Below, piece after piece: positions 27,301 through 37,765 of a stretch of DNA of 64,000 nucleotides. This stretch comes from Cenococcum geophilum (Eukaryota): positions 5,890,001 through 5,954,000 of the forward strand of contig CP158635.1 of assembly GCA_050273025.1 (NCBI GenBank), given 5' to 3'. Below the pieces are notes generated by a model. It did not search any database, was not told the DNA's origin, and saw only the letters and a program-made list of their open reading frames with translations. Numbering within the stretch: position 1 is the first letter of the stretch; each line of letters starts with the position of its first letter. The translations under genes were made by a program, and so were the position numbers.

Positions 27301-30283
27301 TCTATCCTAATTCAGTAAAAGGCCTGGCGGATATTAAGCTTTATAAAAACCTTAGCTTTACTTATTTAGGTAAGAGTCTTATTAAGTAAGGGCAGCGGGT
27401 AGCGGTCCTTGCGGGTTATATTATTTAGCTTATAGTAGTTAATATAAAAGCGCAGTCCTCTATTTAGCTTTTTAATAAAGAGAATAGGTAAGTTAAAAGG
27501 GGCTTAGCTAGGCTCGATAAAGCCCTTATTTAGGTTATTAATAAGGTACTACTTTATGGCCTATAATTCGGCAATAGACTGTAGGTAGAGAGGGCTAAAG
27601 CTAAGGGTACTTCCCTTATCTTGCTTAATCTCGATCTTATAATTATATAGTTAGTAGGGTAGAAGCATATTAAACGCTGCCTTAGAGAATATGTCCTTAA
27701 ATTTCCGGTATCGATCGGGCAGTTTTTACTCCACTAGTTCTTTATCCGTAAGCCCGCTTTCCTATCTACTAAGCTTACTTTCCTTTTCCTTAATTATTTA
27801 GTTAATTTTGTATAGGCTAGTTATAAAGGCAATGGTATTAGGCTAAACTAGGTTCTAGTAGAATCCTATAGCTCTAATATAGTAGATATTAACTAGTGGG
27901 AGGTCCGTAGGTTTCTTTGGCGTCCGTTAGGCCGTGGTTTACAGTATAGGGTTTATAGTCTTCCTTAGCTTACGTTCCATTTTCCATAAGTTATCCTTCC
28001 TATCTATTAGTTTAGTGTGGCGTCTAATATCCCTAACTTTCCTTTATAGCTTTATAGGGTTCTCCATAGGGAACTTAGCTAGGTTATTACCGACTTCCTA
28101 GGTCTCTAGTGCGGGTGGCGTAATATAGGTAGTCTAAGGGCGGCGTAGTATACGGATCCGTTGCGGGTTAAGCTATATGTCCTTCTTAAAGGCCTAGTCT
28201 TTGCGCATAGCATTGGCCTAGTAAATAGTATTAATCTAGGGCCGTATAAGGTTTTCTATTATAATACTAATTTCTTTTATAAAGGAAGGGGTTAGGGGTA
28301 GAGTTTTAGGCTAGATAAGCCGTCTACTCCGTACTTTAAGCTGTAAGCCTAAATAGGCTAGCTATTTTTTTCCTAAGATTATATTATAGCTTCCTAAGTC
28401 CGTAATAAGAAAGGGGATGTTATACTACCTTTGTCCGTTAACGCGGAGGTAGATCCGCAAGATAGTTATAATAGGTAGCCCTATCCGTCCGTTATAACCG
28501 CGAATAGGGATTGGTTTAGGTAGTTTTTTAAAAGGTACATTTAAAAAATTAGCTAGTTTTACAGCACACTTTATATTAATTAAGGTAAAGGCATTTACTC
28601 CTAAGTTAGCTAAAGTAGAGGTTAAAACTTAATATCTATTGCAAAATAAAGTATAAGGGATAGTGTAGCTTCTTCTACTAACTAGCCGACCTAGATTAAT
28701 ATATAATATATTAATTCCTTTTAACCCTAAAGAGGAGTCTTCCTCTAAGGTTCCTCTTTTTCTAGCTCCATATTATTCTCCTAAATTAATAGGACCTTAT
28801 TTGTCCTTACCTTTATTAGGTAGTTCCTTATAGGGTAGCCTATTTAACCGCACGAGAAGCAAGCTCCTTAATCGCTAAGGGCCTATATATAGGGGTCGCT
28901 ATATATAGGCCGGGTGTACACTAGGCCCGCAGTAGGGGTAGCTGCGCGGCTAGCTATTAGGTTGGCTATAGGAGTTGCCAATTATACTAGGGCACTATAG
29001 GCCGTACTTACAGTACTTACGGCCTGGTTTATAAGGTTTCTAGTTTTTAGCTAATTAGCGCGTACCTTAATTTAACGGAGGCCTTAGTTAATAGCTAGGT
29101 AATAGTCCATAAGTTCCTTTAACGTTTATACCGTAGTATAAGCTAGTAATATAGCCCGCTATAGGTCTAGGGTAAGCTTGTTAAAGAGGTCTAGTAGTAG
29201 GTCTTCCTAGGGGATCTAGGCCTATCCGGCTAGGTATAGGAAGCGGGTTTAAAAGGCTAAAAAGGTCTCCGTTATTTTTATGTTTAGGCTTTTATAGCTA
29301 AGGCGGGCGTTTTATACTTTAAAAGGGTCTTTATAAATAGAAGATAAGTATTTAATTATTTCTTCTTTAGAGATAAAGGGGTCTGCTAAGTCTTTAGTGT
29401 ATTACGGGCGTAAATACATCTAAGCGTCTCCGCCAGTACGGCTAAAGATATAGGCCATTCTAGCTTAGGCGTTAGGGAAGTGGTCTATATTAACTTTAAG
29501 CTTATCCCATAATTAAAGCTTCCAATTATTAAATATAGGGTCGGTTCCGTCTATAAGTAGTAGAGGGTCCGTAACCTTTACTAACCGCTTTAGTACTATA
29601 TAGGCCTTAGTAAATCCACTAAGGCACTAAAATAGGGCCTAAAGGACTATAGTAAGTCTTTAGTTGTTTAATAATGACTTATTATTAGATATAGGGGTAT
29701 CTCTAGCTTTAAGTAGCTCTCGCAATTATTTAATTTCAGTATTAGCAGCCGTAAGCTCCGCCTAGGGGGTTAAAACGTTAATTATTTCTTCGTCTAAAGT
29801 ATTTAAGGGTCCTGCAGCTGCTTTACCCGCTACTATAGTTTATAGCATAGTAGTAGGGGTGTTAGGTAATTCTAGGTAATTTCTTTAGGGGTTTTAGTCT
29901 GTGTGTGTCTTATAGGTCCTTTCCTTAGGGTTCTATTCTTTACTTTTAGGTCCTGTCCTTATGGTCCTAGTAATATCCTTAGGGTCCTATTCTATATTCT
30001 CGTAGATATATTTAAGTTTCTTCTTAGGAAGAAAAAGTAGAGTGAGCTTTAGATAATGTTAGCGACTTAGTCAATTAAGACATAAGTACGGCAAAAGGGT
30101 CGCGCAAGCCTATACAATTGGATTGTCTATAAACGAGAATCTAAAGCTAAAGAAAGAAAAGGAGAAGAAGGGGAGCGCCGCTTAAAGCTATATACGATCT
30201 TCGCGTCACGTGACCGCAATATACGGCAATCTGTGGCAACTTGCCGGTGCGTAGTTCTGCCAAGTTCTGCCAGTGCCGTAATA
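24304..30283 (-). mobile_element. Ty3/Gypsy chromovirus 2, full length, RIPed; LTRs 24304-24530 and 30057-30283
   Basis: 227-bp LTRs, TSD aggta/aggtg (one RIP-type change), and a PPT at 24531-24545 on the minus strand. RT (AYLDNI), RNase H, integrase and chromodomain relics on the minus strand resemble element 1 pol. Confidence 0.95.
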
Positions 30284-30515
30284 AGGTGCCCCCTAATAAC
30301 TCTACAGTAGCAGAGTTAAGTTTGCGATACTAGCGCGTCCGTAGGCTTATTACGGCAGTAGTGGTTCCCAAGGAGGTTAAAAAGTAAGGTAGTAGAGCAC
30401 TATAGGTGACTCGTAGGCGCTAAGTAGGCGAGTCCTAAAAGGCGGGGAGATGGATTACGGGGTTTTCTCATTTTTCTTAAATAGAGTTTTCTCCCCATAT
30501 GTAAATAAGGAGTAG

Positions 30516-30703
30516 TGTTACGGCACTGTTACAGACCCTCGTCAGGGGCTCGTCTGGAGCCTTGGCGCCATGTATATAGACGTGTCCTTTCCTCGACCTT
30601 CTTCTAGTCCTCGTCTTGATATCCTCGTTAATAGACTACCGATCGTACAGGCTTGCGCGTCCCTCGTGTCGTGCTCATGCCTCGATTGACTGAGTCGCTA
30701 ACA
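30516..30703 (+). mobile_element. Solo LTR (188 bp) related to the LTRs of Gypsy 2 and 4
   Basis: TG..CA ends and TSD agtag at 30511-30515 and 30704-30708. The 3' ~80 bp matches the reverse complement of the 24304 and 53593 LTR starts. Confidence 0.92.
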
Positions 30704-30759
30704 AGTAGTTTGTGTGGGCCCAATAGGGATCCGAATCGGATGTTAAGCAATGAATAATA

Positions 30760-31400
30760 ATATATAAATATAGGATTTACTTTTAAGATAGCCTATATCT
30801 TTAATAGCTACTCCTTTTTAATTACGTTTAAAGGTAATATAATAATAGTAATAGAAGCTTAAATTAGTAATAGAATTGCCTATATTATTATACTCTTACC
30901 CTATAATATCTTTACTACTAGGAATAAGTCCCTTTACCTATATATTACCTATCTTAACACCTTAATTTAACTAAGTTATCCGCTGTATAGATATAAAAGC
31001 TTAATAGCTCTATTTATTACGCTTAACTATTTATCCTTACTTGCCTCCTATAAGGCTAAAAGCTTATCTTATATATCCTATAACTACCTCTTTACTAAGA
31101 ACGTAAGATCTTCCTATATATAATTATCTAGCTCCTATAAGCTTTATAAGGCCTACTAGCGTTCCTATTTAACTATAGGCTTCTAACCTTAACGTCTAGT
31201 AGTTTTCTTTAGAGCTATAGTAGGTTTTTTATACGGATATAACGCCTAGCAGTAGTAGAGGTACTCTAGGCTAAGGGAGGATATTTTTAAAAAAGGACCT
31301 AACTATAGCGCCTACTAGGTGTTGTAATAACTTTAAGTAGTAGATATCTATATATCTATATAGTTTTATTAATATTAGTAGACTATTTAATAAGATATAA
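30760..31400 (-). pseudogene. RecQ-like helicase relic, N-terminal part (motifs 0, I, Ia)
   Basis: The minus strand reads LS*IKVL...DLFLVVKIL*GKSIII*AI...IIILPLNVIKKE* (de-RIP AKTSWGKS; VLPLNAIEKEQ). It ends PIFIY, which joins IFIYTEV at 21736-21759 and continues into the 2900-4373 fragment. Confidence 0.8.
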
Positions 31401-31411
31401 TATATACTTAG

Positions 31412-31661
31412 TGTCACGGGACTTACACGTTCTCACGTCCCTGCGCGTTTTAACGTTCTTGACCCGTGCTCACGTTCGTCCCGAGACACCTACGCACGTT
31501 CCCCTACAACCCCTATTTATACCCGTACCTGGTATACGAAGATTCTTCTTCTTTATCTAAATGTCTTTGTATCAACCACGTATAGTTACGCGTACGTAGC
31601 CTTCTTCAATTACTACCCTGTTTAGTACATTGTATTCCAGCTCGTGCCCAATTCCGTAACA
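31412..31661. mobile_element. Solo LTR (250 bp)
   Basis: Termini tgtcacgg...ccgtaaca. TSD cttag at 31407-31411 and 31662-31666. Confidence 0.9.
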
Positions 31662-31882
31662 CTTAGGCTTTTAATAACGCGTTTTTTAACTTTAATAAAA
31701 TTAATATTAGGACTAAGCAATAGCCATATTATAAAATTTATACTATTTAGAAGCCCTAAGTCTTAAAAATAATATATAGACTTTTAGTAATAATATCGCG
31801 TTATATAAATAAATAAATTAGATATCCGTAATCTCCGTTTTACGGATTTTGCTTAGGATTTTAATAAAACTCGCCAAACCCT

Positions 31883-31921
31883 CTTAGACGTGATTTTGCA
31901 AGCTAAAAAATCGCGTCTGAG
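31883..31921. repeat. Inverted repeat/hairpin at the presumed end of the helicase element
   Basis: cttagacgtgatttt ... aaaatcgcgtctgag (15-bp arms, two C>T differences). Confidence 0.75.
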
Positions 31922-31946
31922 CTCGCTGAGGTAAATAGAATGCTAT

Positions 31947-32083
31947 CCATTGCAACGTCAGGGTCCTCAGAGTAAGTCCGTGCGGGAATACCACTATATT
32001 TCTGAGTATGGGCACCGAATTCAGCTAATCTAATTGGTTAGTTCTTATCGATAACCTGACGACCCATTTTGACGTTGCAAGGG
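31947..32083. mobile_element. 137-bp MITE with piggyBac-like ends CC(A/C)TTGCAACGTCA, flanked by CTAT/ATAG
   Basis: 14-bp TIR with one mismatch, plus an inner gggtc/gaccc match. Confidence 0.7.
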
Positions 32084-32442
32084 ATAGAGACAAAAAGCTC
32101 TTTTTTAATAAACTTTTCGTAAGAGAACATGCTTCCCCAGCGCCGGTATTTGCGCCCGCTGAATAGCTCCAGGGAGACTTATAAAATACATAGGAGTGAG
32201 ACATTGCGTTAATTGTACAGACACATACTCCTAAATTGTATCTGAAGCCTCAAAATTTGCCAGCGAATTAAAAGAACCGTTGGAGATAAAAGTAAGAAAA
32301 TAAAGAGTTAATTGAGCGCTCCGGAGCGCTGCTCTGCATTTCGTGTAGAGAGACTGACTGATACTCGCATAACCAACCAACGAAGGCATGGTGGAACTAG
32401 AATTACATTCATCAGACAATTGGGGAATCACAGACTCTTAAA

Positions 32443-33550
32443 CTAGAAGTGGCATGGGTCGCCAGCACTGTGTATTAGCAACGAAACACGGAGAGCGAAG
32501 ACAACGGCAGCAACTCCAGCAATACCCGCAACCCCGCTTCTAAACCCAAAGACCCTACGCCCAAATGTTTCCAAGCTCAACGGCTTCAGAGCAGTAGCAT
32601 CACTCGTGACGTGTGACGCGACAGCCGAGATCAAGCCACCAAGACCACCATGGGAAGCCGAAGCAGTCGATGTACCCGTGGTCGTCGCCGAATAAGTTGC
32701 TGATCCGGTGGTCATGGAAGCTGAGCCAGAGGCTGTTGCACCTGAAAAAGTCGCAGCTCCTAGTCCGGTGGGTGTGGGCTGTCCGAGCTATTGAGAAAGT
32801 TTTGTCAGTGCCAGTCCCAAAGAATTCTGGCAATCCGCCTACCTTGTCTGCTGAAAGAGCTGCAGCAACATTGGTGGCTGCACCAACGCAGTCCATATTC
32901 TGGGTACCAATCTGGTTCTGCTGACAGCAGAAGTAAGTGTGTTCTGGGTCATGTGAGGTAGCATTCCAGAGAACCCAGGTGCTGTCAGCGCATGTCGACC
33001 TGAATCAGGTTATCTTATCACCGACTCAGCTACCTCCCATTGACTCAGTCATTGACTCGGTCACCTACCCCTTGTTTCCATTGCCACCCCCCTACCCCCT
33101 TCTCGTTCTCATTTCCTACACCTTTCCTATGTATATATAGAGGCTCTTAGAGCCACATTCAATAGACAGAGTCACCATTCTCTTCTTACAATCGGTGCAC
33201 GGACTACCGATCGACAGCGCAGAATGGAGTTGTTTACAGCGCCGCAAGGCAGCTTCCGCCTGTTCTTTATCAACTTAATGCGAAGTAGGTCGATTGTGGA
33301 TATCCTTACCATCAACGCAGCATATGCGGGCTCCAGGGCCAGTGCCGTCTTCTTGGGTCATGCCGTTAGGACAGTGTATGTAAAGGTTGACATCGCTCAT
33401 TTGTGTTGTTCCACCAGGGCAATTACCCGAGGTCATGAGACCCCACCCTCCTCCCTCATACGCATAGCGGCGCTCAACTGGAACTACAGGAACGAATGGA
33501 ATGAATGCGCTTGCAGCAGCGGCGAGGGAAGCAACAATCAGAGGGAGCAT
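32443..33550 (-). pseudogene. Secreted Cys-rich, Ser/Thr-rich, probably GPI-anchored cell-surface protein; 3 exons (33550-33310, 33259-32843, 32787-32443); disrupted by a TAA at 33234-33236 and a solo LTR
   Basis: Signal-peptide-like MLPLIVASLAAAASA. GT-AG introns at 33260-33309 and 32788-32842 keep the frame. Removing the LTR restores PFCADSTWVLWN..YFCC. A S/T stalk and hydrophobic C-terminus follow. Confidence 0.85.
32993..33216. mobile_element. Solo LTR (224 bp) inserted in exon 2 of the cell-surface gene
   Basis: tgtcga...tcgaca termini. TSD gcgca at 32988-32992 and 33217-33221. TATA-like tatatata inside. Confidence 0.92.
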
Positions 33551-34084
33551 CTTTTGAAAACGAGAGAGAGATAGCAAAGGGAAATATAATTAGAGAGCGG
33601 ATTTGGAAGATTAAGATGAAAAATAAGTAATGGACAAGCTGAAAGCTGCTCTCCCCATTTAAAGGAGTCACTGATAATATATGTACCGCACGTTCGACAT
33701 CTCCCTCAAACCCTCAACAGGGATGGAACAGAACATATGATAATGCTAGAGGCTATGGTATAAGAGCGTTGGGGAAATACGAGAGCTGAATCGTCGAGAA
33801 TCCAATAGATTCGATCTCTTCCGAGCGCTGTCTGACTTTTCCTAGCAGTTGAAGTGGTGTGTGGAGGTTGTCGAAGTTGTGGAGATTAGGTTGGTTTCTG
33901 GCACGCAGCCGACACAGCACATCCGAAGGGTATGTGGATGCGAGGCGCAGTCTAGAGAGTCGCCTAGCTGAAAAGACCCTTTTTTTTCAAGCCAAAGCAA
34001 TCAACAGGCCCGGCCTCTGATAAGAATTGTATGGTCGAGCTTATTCAGGCTTAAGCTTCTCTTAAGAAAGCTTGTCCTGTAACA

Positions 34085-34174
34085 TACACCATCTCGTCAA
34101 TTCCGGCGGTTAGCGCAGCCACGTCTGCACGGCCCTTTTTTAGGGGAAGTTTTGGGAATTGACGAGATGGTGTA
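34085..34174. mobile_element. 90-bp MITE-like element (TA-flanked, Tc1/mariner-type ends)
   Basis: Perfect 20-bp inverted repeat tacaccatctcgtcaattcc / ggaattgacgagatggtgta, including the terminal TA. Confidence 0.75.
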
Positions 34175-35677
34175 GGTAATAAGGTTATAACGGCGTGCAG
34201 GCTTTGCACCCGAAGTTCCAAACCGTCATAACCCCATCACCCCGTCACGTCGGCTGAACCAAGACCAAAGGCGCAGCAGGGAATGGCTTGACTTATGACG
34301 ATCTTTTTAATAAAAAGAGCTTCGCTTAGAGTTGTCCAACAATTTCATTCACCGCACAGAGAGCGCCGTCTGACACTCTTACTAAACGCACCGAAATATG
34401 GTAGTCAAACAGATGTATACACGATTACTTTATTAGTAAATAAAGTAAATATCTCTAGGACTAAACTTTTCATACCCCCATTCGGATACCCCTGACCTAG
34501 ACATCCCCTGAGAACCCTCCGTCACGTACATATGCCCATCATAAACTTCCTTCTACTCAGCTTCCAGAAATCTGGAGAATTCTGAATCACTCTCCCCAGC
34601 GTAAAACTGGTATCCTCGGACAATGATTAAACTCTATCAATATTGTCCTCGAACCGCACAGTCTCCTGAAAGCACTTTCTAAGTTGGCAGACCTCCCCCC
34701 CCAAGCCGGTTTTAAGTCAACATTGAAAAGCAAAATGTTCACGAGGCCGCGGCTTTAGACAGAAGTCCGCCAACTTATAAAGATTTGACTCTATTTGCTT
34801 GAATTAATCCAAACTCTTCATTTGACTTTCCAGGTGCTTAACACTAGTCGGGAGAATATATATCGTAGCCCGTATTCGGGCTTGCTAATCAATCAATTCA
34901 ATTCAATTAAGGCCCCAAATTAATTAAATTAAAAGCTGTATAAGTAGAAGGTTTAGTTAATTAAATTAATTAACTTAATATTAAAACTATAACTAACTAT
35001 AACTAATTATAATAGAATTATAAGAGAATGTAAGGCATACTGCTAGGTGTACGGTAGGGAGCAGGCAAGCCGAGCATAAGTTACAAGGAGAGTCGATGGA
35101 AGAGGACGATATGGTAATGAGGGTAGGCAATAGCCTAAGTACAGAGAGAGACGAACCGATAAGGAGGGAAAGGGCTGTAAGCCCAAGGGAGCTTATCCCT
35201 TTGTGTGGCAACCGTTTCTTACAATATTCGTATATACACGCCTCCCAAGCTAATCTAAAGGCTCTATACTGTATATAGCTTGGTGTTAAAGCCTTAGTTA
35301 GTGCAACTGCTCGGCGGTAGGGGTATAGGCGCTACCTCCGAATTTCGGAATCTTGAATATTGCGGTAAGTAGCAGCGACATGGTTAGAAAGCCTATATAT
35401 AGAATAGTGGTGTAGTTAATTAAAGAGCTTCAATATTATTGTTACCTATTTAATTCTTAAAGTCTCAGCAAAATATTATCCTTATGCCTAGAAAACATCA
35501 GGAAATTTTTTTTGGGGCTCGTTGTTGCGGTTTGCGGCAGGTAGATATGGTCGATAGCAATTTGCGTAAAACGCACGTTTTATAACAAAATTGCAGCACC
35601 TAATAGCAAATTGCGGCAAAATGCTACCCCTATAAATAAATTAATGCAAAACGCTACCCTATAAATAAATAGCGCGC

Positions 35678-35786
35678 AAACTGTACAAATTGTAAAAACT
35701 GTACGAATTATATAAACTATACGAATTGTACAAACTATACAAATTGTACAAACCGTACGAATTGTAAAAACTGTATAAATTGTAAC
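35678..35786. repeat. 18-bp minisatellite aaactgtacgaattgtac, x6
   Basis: Direct periodicity. Confidence 0.9.
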
Positions 35787-35948
35787 TATATAAATTATAA
35801 TTATATTATATAATAACCAAATTATTATATATTCCCATAGATTTTTATAATATACTTTTAAATATATTTATATTATAACTATATAAAATGTAGAGCTATC
35901 TACTTTGGGCGTTAAGGGGGAAGCCTCTCGTAGAGGCTCTAAATTATC

Positions 35949-36135
35949 CACCTACCTACCTGCCTACCTGCCTACCTGCCTACCTGCCTGCCTGCCTGCC
36001 TGCCTACCTGCCTGCCTACCTGCCTACCTGCCTGCCTACCTACCTGCCTGCCTGCCTGCCTACCTGCCTGCCTACCTACCTACCTGCCTGCTTACCTGCC
36101 TGCCTACCTGCCTACCTGCTTGCCTACCTACCTAT
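35949..36135. repeat. (CCTG/CCTA)n tetranucleotide microsatellite
   Basis: Direct observation; the G/A variation is RIP-type. Confidence 0.95.
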
Positions 36136-36270
36136 CTATCTATCCGTCCGTCTATACCTACCCGTCTATACCTACCTGTCTATGCCTACCTGTCTATATT
36201 ACCTTGATTCGATCGATCGATTAAATTGTTTATCGTGTTCGCTGGCTGGTCGTTCGAACGGTTGTCGTGT

Positions 36271-36900
36271 GGCTCTGGCGACGGTCATGTGGCGATGACG
36301 ACGGTCGTCTAGCTCTAGCGACGGTCATCTGGCTCCGGCGACGGTCATCCAGCTCTAACGACGGTCGTCCAGCTCTGACGACGGTTGTCCAGCTCTGGCG
36401 ACGGTTATCTGGCTCCGGCGACGGTTGTCCAGCTCTAACGACGGTCGTCCAGCTCTGGCGACGGTTATCTGGCTCCGGTGACGGTCGTTTAGCTCTGACG
36501 ACGGTTGTCTAGCTCTAACAACGGTCGTCTGGCTCTAACGGTCGTCTAGCTCTAGCGACGGTTATCTGGCTCCAGCGACGGTCGTCTAGCTCTGACGACG
36601 GTCGTCTAGCTCTAGCGACGGTTATCTAGCTCCGGCGACGGTTGTCTAGCTCTAACAACGGTTGTCTAGCTCTAACGACGGTTATTTGGCTCTAACGGTC
36701 GTCTAGCTCTAGCGACGGTCATCTGGCTCCGGTGACGGTCGTCCAGCTCTAATAACGGTCGTCCAGCTCTGGCGACGGTCATCTGGCTCTGGCGACGGTC
36801 GTCTAGCTCTGACGACGGTTGTCTAGCTCTAACGGTTATCTAGCTCTAGCGACGGTTGTCTAGCTCCGGCGACGGTCGTCTAGCTCTAGCGACGGTCGTC
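36271..36900. repeat. 20-bp minisatellite acggtcgtccagctctggcg, ~32 units, some 17-bp variants
   Basis: Three units per 60-nt line at 36301-36540; no unique spacers. Confidence 0.95.
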
Positions 36901-37069
36901 TGCTAGCTGTCGTTCTGGTGTCTTCCTAGGTAGGGAGGATATAAGGAAGGGTAAAAAATAAGGTGGCTACCTAGGTGTATATAGGGGGTATACTTGGCAG
37001 AGGTACGTATAGAGGCTATCGGGAATATAGCGGGGACCTAATAGTAGTGTATCGCGCGCATACATAAAG

Positions 37070-37368
37070 GTTTTATATAAAGCTTTATATAGAGCCTTTA
37101 TATATAGAGCTTCGCGCAGAGCCTTATATAGAGCTTTGTATAGAGCTTTATATAGAGCTTTGTATAGAGCTTCGTATAGAGCCCTATATAGAGCCTTATA
37201 TAAAGCCTCTATATATAAAGCTTTATATAAAGCCTTATATAGAGCCTCGTATAAAGCTTTATATAGAGCTTCGCGTAGAGCTTTATATAGAGCTTTGTAT
37301 AGAGCTTTATATAGAGCTTTATATAAAGCCTTGTACAGAGCTTTATATAGAGCCTCGTACAAAGCCTC
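37070..37368. repeat. 12-bp minisatellite agagctttatat, ~25 units
   Basis: Direct periodicity; it generates the KALY/RALY ORF artefacts. Confidence 0.95.
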
Positions 37369-37370
37369 TG

Positions 37371-37638
37371 CATTAGGATTTTTTTTTTGGGCATGTTATT
37401 ACAAGTGAAAATTGGGGTCTGCAAAACCTGCAGGCGTAAGTCGCAATTTTAGCATTTGCGGCAATTTGTAGCAATTTGCTACGAACACATAGATAGGGCA
37501 GGCGCGTGTATAGGTAGCCTATGTGTTTGTAGCAAATTGCTACAAATCGCCGCAAATTGCCAAAATTGCGACTTACGCAGGTTTTGCAGACCCCGATTTT
37601 CGTTTGCAACAACGTGCCTAAAAAAAAATTTCCTAATA
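37371..37638. repeat. ~265-bp foldback (inverted repeat with ~120-bp arms)
   Basis: ggggtctgcaaaacctgc..cgtaagtcgcaatttt..tttgtagcaatttgctac is mirrored by gtagcaaattgctacaaa..aaaattgcgacttacgcaggttttgcagacccc. Confidence 0.9.
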
Positions 37639-37765
37639 AACGTCGTGCGTCTTTAGCTCTAAAGCCTTTAAAGGCTTAAAAAGCTTTAAAAGCTCTAAGG
37701 CCTCTAAAAGCACCTTAAGCATAAGAGTCTTATTTACAATCTTTTTAGGTAACGTAGTATATACA

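Larger units (their letters stand above)
23104..30759 (+). mobile_element. 5'-truncated Tad-like LINE copy C (3' ~1.5 kb: 23104-24303, 30284-30515, 30704-30759)
   Basis: Colinear with LINE B from ~19224 to the tail. It ends aatgaataata, followed by the TSD. Confidence 0.9.
1..31933 (-). mobile_element. Large RIP-degenerated element carrying a RecQ-type helicase (AcademH-like DNA transposon candidate); left end outside window; hosts the LINE/LTR nest
   Basis: Uniform RIP signature (TpA excess) up to ~31.9 kb indicates a repeated sequence. The helicase ORF rejoins across TSD-bounded insertions. A terminal palindrome at 31883-31921 coincides with the RIP boundary. The superfamily is inferred only from the helicase. 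Confidence 0.5.

Noticed and set aside
34500..34850. Possible gene fragment on the minus strand in the un-RIPed island
   Set aside because: Short, contains stops, and has no recognisable motif.
36271..36900. CRISPR-like regular repeat
   Set aside because: Contiguous 20-bp units with no unique spacers, in a eukaryotic context; it is a minisatellite.
35905..37656. ORFs 35905, 36267, 36967, 37136, 37209, 37373 and 37456 as genes
   Set aside because: Translations of satellites and the foldback (LPAC, KALY and similar repeats).
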